From the NCBI GenBank assembly GCA_030167865.1, contig JALAGF010003307.1, positions 1 to 64,000 on the forward strand: a DNA stretch of 64,000 bases, in the 5' to 3' direction. The position numbers and the translations under genes were made by a program. The notes below the pieces were generated by a model, which did not search any database, was not told the origin of the DNA, and worked only from the letters and a program-made list of their open reading frames with translations. The stretch is from Craspedostauros australis (lineage: Eukaryota). Below are positions 24,101 through 36,242 of the stretch, piece after piece. Within the stretch, counting starts at the first letter, position 1. Each line of letters opens with the position of its first letter.

Positions 24101-26257
24101 AAGCTCCTCGTAGAGTCTGCGAACATCCCTCTCCGTCAGCGGGCCACGCCCCAGCTTGATCCAGCCGATGCCATCGCAAAACCTCTCGCGGATCTCCACC
24201 GTCTGGATCGCGGCAACAGCGAGGATTGTCTTGCCGTTGCCTGCCTTGTCGCCGTGCCTGGATGTGATCGATGTAACGATGGAGTTGTTCGGTGTTCCGT
24301 CGTCAGCCTCGCGCATGGACTCATCCATCAGACAGCTCACCACCTGCTTCATCAGGCGATGCCGGTGGATATACTCTATCGGCAGCTTCGGAACGGCGGA
24401 TGGGATGTCCGCCTTCGGTCTCCAGTCCGGCTTGAGCTCCTTGAGATCGTTTTCCTGGTTGGCTTCCCTGTTCTTCATCTTCTCTAATCTGAGTCCGCGG
24501 ATGACGTCCACGAGCTCGTCCTTTGGCTTGATGGCTTGCGCCTGCTGTTGCTGCACGGGTTGGCTCGGTTTACTGGCTGAGGCTGTGACGAGGCCGTTGG
24601 GTATGGCACCTTGCGGTTCCACCTGCGTCTTTTGCACTGCCAGGCTGCCTGCTCCGGTCGGGTTGGTCTGCGTGGAGAATCCATCCTCCGCGGCTCCTCC
24701 CGCCGATTTGGTCGTGTCTTCCTCCTTGGAGGAACGGCGGTTTCGTAGGGTCGGTGTGGGCGTTGCTCTTCTGGCGCGCACCCTGCCCGCGGCTGGCAGG
24801 AGCTGACGACCACGGCTGAATACGCTTCCCCTACCTGATGTGTCCGCAGTGGAGACGCTGGATGCGTCGCTGTCCGAGTCCATCGCGGAGTCGCTGCTTT
24901 CGCCCCCGTCGAAGCCACCTTCCGTGACGGCACCGACCGCCTTCTCTACTTTGTCGTTCCATGATTTGATGCGCTCGATGTTCTTGGCGTTGTTGGGGGA
25001 CGGTAGACGGAAGTTGAGCTGGTAGCGACGCTCACGGATGACAAGCATGTCCTCCAGCACCTTGTTGCATTTTTTGATGACGTCGCGCAGTCCCTTGAAA
25101 GTGGTGTCATCCTTGAGCACACCTCGGGTGGCGTTGTCCACAGCCACCTCGTCGACCAGAGCCAGAAGCTGTGCATGTGCGGGTGGCATTTGCGAGAGGA
25201 GTGCATGGAGAGCAGAGTAGAGCAGAGCAAGTATTTTTAAGGCAATGATGTGATGGATCAAATGTGTGAGACGGGAGAATAACGCTGATCGCTGCGATAG
25301 ATGATGCTATGTCATCGGCGGGCGTACAAGGATAATGTGATGCAACACCAACATTTATCACATGGCACAGAGCAGTATGAAATCTTCGTTCATGTGATCC
25401 AATGCAGCGTGGTGCAATGCGATGAAGTGCAATGGCTTGTGGTGTGGTGCGCGTGTTCCAAGATGATGAATGGATGATGCATGATGAATGGATGATGCAT
25501 GATGAATGGATGATACATGATGAGTGGTGCATGATGGATGAATGATGGACGGTTGCATACAACTTACGAAATCAATGTTGCCAATGAACTCCCACAGGAC
25601 CATTCTGGCATTGAACTCCGACTGGCTGAGGTTCTCAGCACCCTCCTCGCCTTCTTTCTTGGGTTGAGTGGGAGTCTTCCCGACCGCAGCGTAGGCATCC
25701 TTGAGTCCGACAGCCAGCTCGTGGAACCGCTTGAGATTCTGCGGCGCCTTTCGCGGCAGCTTGGATGTGGAGCCGGGTGCCTTCTGATTGTAGTAGTCAT
25801 CGCTGCGGCAGGATCTGACGGTGATGATGATGTCCGGCTGATCGTCGTCGTCGCCTGAATCCCTCTGTCGGCGACTGGCAGACCTCGATCTGGAGCGGGA
25901 CAACGATCGCAGGCGGCGAGCAAAGCCGCCCTTTTTCTTCTTTTTGGACTGCCTCTCGCTGGTGGTGCTGGCCGAGGTGCTCGTGCTTGCGGTGCTGCTG
26001 CCGCCGCTGCGCTGGGCCCCGGCCTCGCTCCTGGACCGACGGCGCTCCGCATCGCTGCGGTCGCTGCGGCTGTCCCTGGAGACCTGCGAGGCGTCGTCTG
26101 CCGTGACGGCATCGCTGGGCGTCGTCCCAGACAGGATGCTCGCCTGCTCCGACGATTCGCTGCGATCCTCCTTCTTGGAGCTGCTCTTTCCGAAGCCATT
26201 CATGAGCCGGCGGATGGAGCTCCCGCGCTTGGACTTTTCCGGCTTCGATTCCGACAT
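21188..26257 (-). CDS. NLR-like NB-ARC (STAND) ATPase with N-terminal helical domain and C-terminal TPR array; exons 26257-25568 and 25168-21188 (~1556 aa)
   Basis: P-loop GDKAGNGKT, Walker B LICLDDV, sensor ILITTR, CGNSPLAV (GxP), VMHDSL (MHD) and kinesin-light-chain-like TPRs. Phase-0 intron TTC|GTAAGT...CACAG|CTT. Confidence 0.85.
25463..25516. repeat. 18-bp tandem repeat ATGATGAATGGATGATGC x3 (intronic)
   Basis: Two exact copies and one with a single mismatch, inside the predicted intron 25169-25567. Confidence 0.9.
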
Positions 26258-27624
26258 GGCCGCTTGCCGTTCGTTCCGCCGGCGCTCTGGTCAATCTGAG
26301 TGGGGTGCCGTAGGAATGGGAGGGTGATTGACCGCCAGAACAGAATGCCGCTCGCTCAGCTGTTGATTGCAATGACAATGCAACTGAATGGAATTGAATG
26401 CAATTGAATGCAACTCAATACGACTCAATACGACGGATGAGTGCGTCGACACGAAGTTCGAGCCGAGCGAAGGTCTTCGTCCTCAGAGGAAGGTGCGAGT
26501 GCGTCTCGTTCTGACTTTGGTGCTGACTTTGGATGCAGTCACGTCGCTCGTGTTCGATGACTGATCAACTACCGCACGTCTCCTCTTGGGTGTTCTTCTG
26601 TCTCTTATCGTCTCTGTCGCCTGCTCGTGGCGATTGCTTCCAGTGCAGCCCACGTCAATAATACAGGCGCAGCGTGCGAGTCGCGAGGGTGTGACAGCGT
26701 GTACGAGGACAGCAGAGCAGAGTGGGGTAGAGCGGAGCAGAGTGAAGGCGACGACGACACAGAAGACGGTGGCAATGATGATGCTCTGCTGCTTTGACGT
26801 TTTGATGGCGACGGTTGGCTCCGCACACAGGAACAAAGAGACAAACAGACAAACAAACGGACCAACACAAACAGGAGGGAGCAATGGAGAAGCTCACGCC
26901 TGCAGGGGAAGGGTATCCGCACACAGATCACGCAAAGCACACGAATTCCACACCAACGACATCCGCCAAAGCTCGCGGCATCGCATGTTCGTGGCTCTCA
27001 CGAGTGCGTGACAGACGATAGCCACAGCGAACATCGACACACGCACAGAGACAAGAAATCTGTCGCCTCGTCTTTGGTGGTTTGTCTGTTGTGCTGGTTT
27101 GGGTCTGGTTTGCTCGTGCGCGGCTTGTTCGTGTGTCTTGCACACACAACATTGCCCCCGTTCCTTTTTGCCCCTTCACTTAGCCAAATCCAACATTTTC
27201 AAAACAATGCACCGCGCAAGACCGTTTTCTGGCGCCCACACTCTCCCCCTTTTATTTGTCCGCAACTCTTGTTTTCAAAACCAAACACCGCTCGTCGTGA
27301 TTGAATCAAAATATATAATTTTAATGTAATTATCCTCAACTCGCAGAAGACAACTGAATCAACTTAGTTCCTCAAAACTAGATACTAACACGGAACGAGA
27401 GATGAACGAGAGGGTGCCTCTTGCAGAGAGAGAGAGAGAGAGATTGCCATCCAACTCGTTCAACGTTGAAAAAGAATGATTTAGTACTCTACTATAATAC
27501 CATGTTCTGCGTCCTGAGCATGCACTCCGACAAAGTTCTTTCCCGCAGAGTTGCTACCACAACACCATAACGGCGGCAGCGCTCCATACGAGCTAGGCAC
27601 TGCTCGTAGTTTGGCGACTCTGTA

Positions 27625-28056
27625 TCATTCGTCATCCTGCTCCTCTTCTTCCATAAATTCATGCAACATCGTCCCTTCCTTGGGTGGCGGCAGGCCTTGC
27701 TTCTGACGCTGCTTCAGCATTCCGCGCATGTAGCAGGTTCGGTACCGTTCGAACAAATCGTCGCAGTCGCCCTCGGGTTCCATCGATTCACCTGACAGGA
27801 ATTTACCGTTGTAAATTTCAGAAACGCAACCGTTCCAAGCCTTCCTGGATTTGCGGCACCTGTACTCCACCAACCGGACGCCCGTCAATCCCTTTGGATT
27901 GGCTTGCTTCCGTCCCCTTGATGTCGATGTTGACGTCGACGTTGAGGTCGTCGTCATTGTCGACTGTTCGTCATTTGTCTCAGTTTGTTCTTGCTCTTGC
28001 TGCTTGTTGGCCGCATCGCCTATCGTGGCGGAGGGACTGCTCGCGGATGCCCCCAT
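27625..28056 (-). CDS. MDM35: MDM35/TRIAP1-like twin CX9C protein with N-terminal extension
   Basis: CRKSRKAWNGC..YNGKFLSG..CDDLFERYRTC gives two CX9C motifs plus the Y..KFL.G linker typical of Mdm35. ATG at 28056. Confidence 0.8.
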   Translation of the reverse strand: MGASASSPSATIGDAANKQQEQEQTETNDEQSTMTTTSTSTSTSTSRGRKQANPKGLTGVRLVEYRCRKSRKAWNGCVSEIYNGKFLSGESMEPEGDCDDLFERYRTCYMRGMLKQRQKQGLPPPKEGTMLHEFMEEEEQDDE

Positions 28057-28468
28057 TGTTGTTGCACCAAAAAGAGTGCAATAGATGGGACGATTACCGA
28101 CTGTGACGGCTGCCTGCTGCTTCGTCAAGGAGGGAGAACCTCTGAACAGAGATGGACTTGATGGCTTCTGCGCTTCTCCTGTTTGTGGGTTTTGCGTTGT
28201 GAGATGGCTCAATGGTGGCAATGGCGAAAACGTGAAAGTCGCCGATGATGACTCAGAGCGCGTGGTACCAGACTTCTGCACGTTTCGCCACGACGCGAAC
28301 ATTGATGCTAATACATGTGCAGAAAAGTTGAAGGGCATTGCCTGTCATCAAGCGTTTCCTATTGTCCGCTTAAGCTTTCTTCATGATTTCGTATCAAATA
28401 ATACTATTCCAAGCTACGTTCCGGGTAAACACCATACTCGCACTACTTTGGTATCACACAATCGTATC

Positions 28469-31400
28469 CTACGATCGTTCCACGATGTTGAGGATATTGC
28501 CGCGCTTCTGGCTGGTCCCAAAGACCGCATTGGCAACATCCAGCATGCCATCCCGCTTGACGCTGCGTCGGACCTCGATGGCCTCCGTGCACCTGGATGT
28601 CGTCGCTGGATCCATGGGTCCACGGTCTGCGGATTTGCCGCTGGCAACGGCGCGCACCACATGGAACAGGGATTCCTCGTCTGCCGCTACGAACGAGGTG
28701 GAAAAACGAACCATGGAATCGTCGATGCGTGCGGATTCACTCAATGCAGCTTCCAACACGACCTGCTCCTGCTGCACGGCTTGGTACAAGTCACGCGCAA
28801 GGGCGGCGGCCGATCGGGATAGTTGGCGGCGGTCCGTCAGCAGGAGGCACGACTTCACCGTGTCCACCAACAGAGCGCAGTAAGGCGAGAGAGCCGCGGG
28901 GGCGGATGCCGCCAATAGTTCGGATACCACATTCAGCCGGGCGGCTGCAACCATATCCGCCTCTTCCACGGCGAACACAGGGCCGCCTGTGTGGATACGC
29001 ATCTTTTTCTCTTCCAGCGAAGTTGCGTGCGCATCATCACCGGCATCGCCGCTGCTGTCCGTCTTCGTCTCTCCAAGGAAATACTCATGCGTCTCAACCG
29101 CGATCAGCTTCTTTTCGCCTTCTCTCAAATCGCCGTTCATGTCAGAAGAACCTATGCGATCGCTACCACCATAAACCATCATCTCCAGGATCAGCGGAAA
29201 GAATTCCATGGTGCTTGCCCGTCTTCGGATGCTAAAGATGAGACTCTCGGCAAGCTTGATCCTTTGTTCGGGCTTGAGCACTATCGCAGTCTCCGGATGT
29301 AACTGCTCGGGTGTCGAAGTACTGCTGGTGGTGGGTTCAACCATGCCCGTCACGATCATGTAAGCCAGCTTCGGGAGGATGACCTTGGGTCGAGAATCCG
29401 CGAGCACCGCAATTGTTTGGATGGCCTAGAGTGTACGTCAGATGATAGCCATTTGAATATGATGCAGTGCAAGACAATGCGATGTGATGCAATGAAGATG
29501 CGAGCAGTCCAGCGAGATGCTCGTCAGGAGCGATAGTGAAGCAGCAGGGTGAGTAAATCTGAACATATGACATGGCGAGTTACCATGAATACTCAGCTGC
29601 TATAGGCACGGACATGGCGTTGCGTTGACACGCTCGAGTGTACATGGTATAGTACGGGAACGCAATTCGACAAGGCGTATTGTATTCACAACTGGTAAGA
29701 CTTGACTTACCGCCAGGTACACGTAGGATTCTGAATCATTCAGTGCTCGTGTCGCCAACTCCAGACATGTATGCAGCATGGCTTCAAATTCGTCACCATC
29801 CGCATTCTCCTCCTCTCTTCCAATAATTTGTATCTTCGGTTGTTCCTTGCTTGGTTCAGACCACAGCTTCGCTCGGACCATACGCCCGAGAGTCACTACG
29901 CCCCTTGCGCGGATTGGTGGCTGCTCGGATTGCAGATCGCCCCGCACTCTCGCAAAGGTTATGATCTCATCATCATTATCAGAGCTGGCAACATCACTGG
30001 TGATATCATCGCTGCTCCCATCCGCCTGTCTCGCCGCTAGCAAAGCAATGCCGTGGCTCGCCATATCTGCCAGACTTGGGGCAGCAAGCTTCCACACGTC
30101 GCTCGACTTCGAGAAGGCTGCAACATCCACAAACGGCAATAGGACATTTGGAAACATCTTTAGCAGCTCCTCTTCGGCATTCGATCGCTTTCCCGAGCCA
30201 CCCTCGAGGATTGTGATGAGGATACTAAGCACTGTCGAAAGGATGGAGACCAGTGTTTCGTCATCGTTTTCGTCATCGGCTCCAATACTGCCGTTGTTGT
30301 TGTTGTTGCTGCTGCTGTTCCCGTTGTTATTTATCACCAAGGAAGTGCTCAACTTCATGATCTTCAAGAAGTTAACCAAATCATCAACGAAATCGAACGA
30401 CGCTGACGTTGCTGCTCGCTGCAGCTTTTCGGTTCCGTCGGCGGTGCTTTGCTGGCCAACGGCTTGCTTGGGTGCCGCCATGTGCTTGTACGCGTTGAAC
30501 AAGATGAGCAGCAAGGTGGAGAGGATGCCAGACCCGTCCGCATTGTCGCCGACAATGATTTCATCGAATGATAGCTTTTCGCACAGCACAGGCAGCACTG
30601 CTAACGCAGCCAGTCGCAAGGGATGCAGAAGCTTGGGATCAACTTGGTTCCGCAGAGAGGTGGAAGTGCCAAAAAGGTACAATCCCAGTGAGATGCGAAG
30701 CATTTCGTGGGGCAGATTGCGGATCTCCGACTGACTGTCGTCCATGCTGGAGGCGGGCGTTGGCTGCAGCTTGTGTGCGAGCATCGGACGGATGATGCCA
30801 TCCATAATGACTGCTGTTCGATTCGTGAGGTCTTCAATTTCTTGGGCGCCGTCGCTATAGCCCATGCCAACCCCATTGCCCTCGCTGTTCATGCGACGGC
30901 TTTTCGTCACGGTGATTGTGTCAAGAGTATTGCGAGTGTCTGCTGGTGTGATGTTGTATTGTATTCTCGCATGGACGCCGTTGCTGGCATTCCCACCATC
31001 GTGATGGACGGTGACGGCTCGTGACGTGGCATAGATGAAGGACAGTGCCATGACACAGTTGCCTTTCGCAATCGCGTCCGCGTCTGCGATTGTTTGAAAC
31101 GAGGCCTGTGTGCAGGTGATGTGAGCGATCGCTCGAAGAGCGTATTTTGCTTCCTCTTTTGCTGTCGACTTGAGAGCGGCCGTTGTCGATGCCAGCTGCA
31201 GGAGTTGTGTGATAACGGTGCCGCCTCCATGCTGAGATTGCGTGAAGCACAGACCCTGGCATACCTTCTGCACGTTGATTAATGGCGGTACGAAGGAGAA
31301 GAGTCCGCACAAAGCGCGGATTGTTCTGTGGATCAGGATACTGCCTTCGCTACGAGCGGTGGTGCTTGGGGCCGTGCTGATGTTGGTTTGCGCAATTGCC

Positions 31401-32812
31401 TCTGCGATACTCGTATCACTGATAACATCACCTGTCCCAATCAGATTGTTGAGCACCACGCATGCGAAATTCGTGGCGATCCAAGATTCGGATGAGTTCA
31501 GGAGGGCCGCCCACACCGTTTGGATGGCAGCCACTTTGGTGTTCTGTGCTTTCCCCACATCGTCGATTGCCATTTCGGAGACGCCGAGCAGCTGTTCGCA
31601 AAAACGCTGCTGTCGTCGCTGATGCCATGCAGTCGCCGATTGTGCCAAACTTTTCCCCAGACGTTGCGAGGCTGATGTCGCAGTATTCTCGTTGGTGCCA
31701 GTGGGGGGACAGAAGACGAGAAGCAATGAAGTCAAGTCTGCGCATGCCACATGATCCAGGTGTTTCGAAATGCTTTGCTTCAGCCATTTCGGTGCTTTCC
31801 TACCATGCTGCAGAAGCGTTTGGAATGCTTTCACTCTCAGTATCACAGGGACGGGTGCAGGCTTCGGACGATGTTGATGGTTTATGCCGTTCTCACTGTT
31901 GTCGTCATCCACACCACACGCTTGCTGCAATTCCAACAGCCCGATTGGAGATTCCGATTGGTTTGTCGCCATCATGAGCTGATTGAGCTGAAGCAACGCC
32001 GCAATGAGATCCGGCAGATGCCGGGGCAGCAACATGGGTCGGAATCGATCAAGCAAGACGATGTTGCCCAATAGTAGCGTCGATGCTCGGAGCTCCTCCC
32101 GCCGCCATTCGTCGGAGATGGTCGATCGCTGTGAGCCCCAATATAATGCGGCACGTGGGATCCTTCCCGCCAGGGATTTGGGAAGGAAAGACGTGATTCT
32201 GTCTTTGGCGGTCGTGAGAATGTGCTGTTCTAAATTCGGCAGGATGCTGGTGCAGACGAGGAATTCCAAGAGACAAGCGACGTCTGTGTAGTTCTGGATC
32301 GAGAGCATGCCCGGTGGCGGTGCTGGTCGGTTGCGCTTTCCGATCTGCTTGATCTTGCCGTTGCGCGGCTCGTGCTGTGTTGGAGCCGACCGAATGCGTT
32401 CATCCAACGCCGCATAACAATCGTAGAGCTCCTGGAGAATGGGATGCACGAAGTTCGAGATCATCACGCAACGCTCATCACAGTCGGTCTGACGTTGCTG
32501 CGTTGAGTCCATCTGATGGCGTTGGCGCATATCTTGAACACCGGCAAGGCATGTGCCATCATTAGAACTGTCCTGCAACGCGGAAAGGAGATTCGTTCGT
32601 TCCGGTTCTTGGTTGGTTGCGACCGTGCGTGAGACAGCTTGCTTCGACACCTCGTTGCATGCGCCCGTGGGTTTCGTCTGTACGGTGGGGAAGCAGGTCC
32701 TCACCGTATCGATGAAGTGCTGGATGCATGACACTACGGCGGCTGCTCTCTGGACCACCAAATCCTCCGATTTGCGGTCATCCTTGTGCGTCTGCGTTGC
32801 ATCTGCGCCCAT
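28469..32812 (-). CDS. TANGO6: TANGO6/RTP1-like ARM-repeat protein; exons 32812-29711 and 29425-28469
   Basis: RTP1_C1-like DLQSEQPPIRARGVVTLGR...LNDSESYVYLA|AIQTIAVLAD is restored by the phase-0 intron GCG|GTAAGT...CTAG|GCC. RIKLAESL lies downstream. Confidence 0.75.
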
Positions 32813-34006
32813 GTTGAAGCGAAAAGGGTGAACAGTTCGATGGACGCTTGCTGGGATGATTCTGCGGATGATTCGATGAACGATCAGCGATGTCCACACA
32901 GCCGCCACTGCAACTATCGATGAAGACGATTAATGTATGATATGGTATAGTTTGCGTTGTCACAGCGACGATGGTCGTAGTGTATGCAGTACGAGCTGCT
33001 GCACCGATGCGCTATTCCATCCGGAGTGCGCATGGTCACGCAGCCGTCCTGTTGCTGTGTCGGATTGTGACGGATCGCCGAAGAATGGTTTGTGATCCAG
33101 TTTTGGCGCCACATGTTTGGATGGATATACCAAGTCAGAGATACAAATATATATACCTCTCATGTGATATATCATTAGTTTTGGAGTACTCAGACTCGGA
33201 CGCATTGCAGGTACCTTGTCGTACTTGCGAAGAATAGCCAATCACATCATCGCTTCCACGTGGAGTTGATGTCACAAACGACCTCGTGGAGTTTTCGCAC
33301 GTACACACACAACCATTCAACGTTTGTCGTTGGCCAAGTTTGCGTGCGTTCTCTTTGCACTTCGTGCTTCGTGCTTCGTGTTTTGTGGTGATGTGTGCGT
33401 TGGGGTTGTGTTGTTGATTTCGTTCTCGCTCCTTGACTACGTACTCAATGTGTTGATGTTCCGCTCGCGCCACTTCACGCCACTGTCGTCGTTGTGGCTG
33501 TGGTCCCCTGCCGCCGTCCTTCTTCTCTTCTTCGTGAATTCGGATTGGATTCCATCGGTTCCATCGGGTTGCCCACAGAGTTCCTACGAACACATGCATA
33601 ACAGTACGAGTACACATCGATCGATCGGCAACTCTTTTTCACCTTCCGCCTCTCTCTCCCTCGTTTCAAGGTGAGTTATCAGCAGAGTACCGCATAGCAG
33701 CAATACACACAGCTCCTGAAAACCACAGCCAACCCCAGCTGACCAAAGCAAAGTAAAGGAAAGCAGAGTCTGTGCCTGTTTGATTGCACCATTGCGTTCC
33801 TCTTGCGTCGAGCTTTCCATTCCGTTTTCATCTCCCTCCGAGAAGACTGATTCTCCAATACGCACAAGTTCACACAAGTCCACACAACTTCACGTGAAGT
33901 CACACAAATACGATTACGAATACGTGTGCATCAAAGTCATCAGTGCACATACCATCGATCAGAGTTGAGCACTCCACAACACAGTACTTCAAACAAGGAT
34001 CCAAAG

Positions 34007-35831
34007 ATGCTGCGTTGCAAATCCGTCTGCTCGGTCTTGATTCTGCTCCTCGCATTGTCATTGAACGACCAGCTCCAGGTCTCCGCCATCTCCCAGGCCA
34101 GCGGCGCTGCCTCCACCAATTTCTCACCGACTGTCACCTTGGCTTCCACCAACAAACAACACCAACAACAACCCAAACTGTCGTCCACAGTAGCTCAAGT
34201 GTCACCTGCAGGAGCAACTGGAACGCTAGAAACAACCACAACACCAACACCAGAGTGAGTGCAACATCAAACGAATTGGAAGGCAGATCTCCTCGAGATT
34301 CTCGCTCATGATCATATTCGTTGAATCGTCATCGTTGAGTCCTGGAAATCATAGTCAGCGCTACCACGTCGCTGTCACCGAAAGGGTGAGGCTTGGGTCT
34401 GAGGACGGATACGTGGTTGGATTCATCGCTGTCGATGCGCCAAGGTTGATCCAACCGGGCCGGTCGCTCGATCAGTCATTCAATCGACCCTTCAATCAAT
34501 GAACTGATCAATGAACCAGATGCATTGCCTGACCTAATGAGATCGTGCCTCGTTGAAATCCAAATGCCATCCTCTCTTGCCTGATGCATCGTCGCCGGTG
34601 CTGGTGCTGGTGCCGGTGCCATCACCACTGCGACGATCGCAATCACACGGACCAAACCATTTGATACCATGCCATACCATACACGAACAAATACAAAGAA
34701 CTCGCATCATCGCACTCAACTCATCTCGTCTACTCTAACCCAACTGGATTCGTCTCGATTTATCATCGCGCCGATCACGATCTTCGCACGTGCTGATTCT
34801 TCATGTCACTCCTTCCCGTCTTCAGAGCGACACAGCCCTCCGCAGCCATGGCCAAAGCACCCCCAGCCACACCCTCGGGAGGAATCCCGGATGGCATGAA
34901 GCTCCTCATCGGAGCCGGCGGTATCTATGGAGCCTTCTTGTACTACGGATCCCTTCAGGAGGATGTCTTCCGTTACGTTGCGGCTGATGGAACCACCTTC
35001 AAGCAGGCCTGGTTCCTCCAGGTCCTCGAGGCGCTCGCCAACGTCATCATCGGATTTGTCGGAATGCAGGTGACCGGCGCCACCAAGGGAATTCCACTTC
35101 GAATGTTCGGGATCTCCGGTGCCGCCCAGGTCTCCGCCAAGGCATGCACCAGTCTCGCCCTTGCCAACGGACTGTCCTTCCCCGTCGCCACACTGGCAAA
35201 GAGCGGAAAGATGGCCCCAGTCATGGTCGGATCGCTCCTCCTTGGCGGGGCCAAGTACGAGCTGCGCGAGTACCTGCAGGTCGCCGCCATCATCGGTGGT
35301 ACCGCCATCGTCTCCCTCGGCAAGAAGAAGGGAGGCGGCGCGGAGAGCTCCACCCTCGGCGTTGTCTATATCATCATGTCCCTCGTGCTCGACGGAGTCA
35401 CGGCTGGATTCCAAAAGCGACTCAAGACGGAGACAGCCAAGCTGGGCGTCAAGCCAAAGCCATACGATTTCATGTTCTGGACCAACCTGTTCATGTGCCT
35501 CACCGCCACTGTCATCGCGGGTGGATTGGGACAGATCAACTCCGGCGTCTCCTTCCTCGTCGCCAACCCTGATATCATGTCCAAGATCGTCAAGTTCGCC
35601 GTCTGCTCCGCCGTCGGTCAGTCCTTCATCTTCTACACCATCGCCAACTTCGATCCGCTCATCTTGTCGACCGTCACCACGACCCGCAAGATCTTTTCCG
35701 TTCTCCTCTCCATCTTCCTCAAGGGCCATTCCCTGTCCGTCATGGGCTGGTCCGGAATCGGCCTGGCTGTTTCCGGCATCCTGTCGGAGCTACAAGCCAA
35801 AACAAGATCCAAGAAGAAGCATACGAACTAG
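34007..35831 (+). CDS. UAA-family nucleotide-sugar transporter (SLC35B1/UTR-like), copy A; core 34848-35831, probable upstream signal-peptide exon 34007-34254
   Basis: YGSLQEDVF, LSFPVATLAKSGKMAPVM, LDGVTAGFQ, SAVGQSFIF, TVTTTRKIFSVLLS, with about 10 TM segments. The phase-2 intron GA|GTGAGT...TTCAG|A restores the frame; the upstream exon is less certain than the core. Confidence 0.85.
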
Positions 35832-36242
35832 AGCAAAGGAACGAAGAAATTAAGCAAACAATAACATCATATTATACATGAGTTACGATGGGTATGCAGA
35901 GCAGTGGAAATGCGACAAAGCAGAGCGTACGTTGAGTACGTGGAATTGCACTTTACTACAATCTAGACTGGACTGGACTAGTACATTGTGTCGTGTCATG
36001 CGAGTGCAGTTGTGAGAGTGGACAACCTACGATCTGTGAGCACTCTCGGGCACGTACTTTTTCCGTGCAAACAGACCAATTGCCGCGAAAGATACTGTGA
36101 GTGCCGACTTCATGTCTCCCACGACGCACTGCTTCGTTCCGGCACAATTTTTCATGAGCCGCCTCATCAGCACCACCCCCTTCTTGCCACAGAGCGCGAT
36201 TGTGCATACGCGCAGAGTACTGTAGACACCACACACATCCAC

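Noticed and set aside
25463-25516. Tandem repeat as a CRISPR-like array
   Set aside because: There are no spacers or cas genes; it is a simple intronic minisatellite in a eukaryotic gene.
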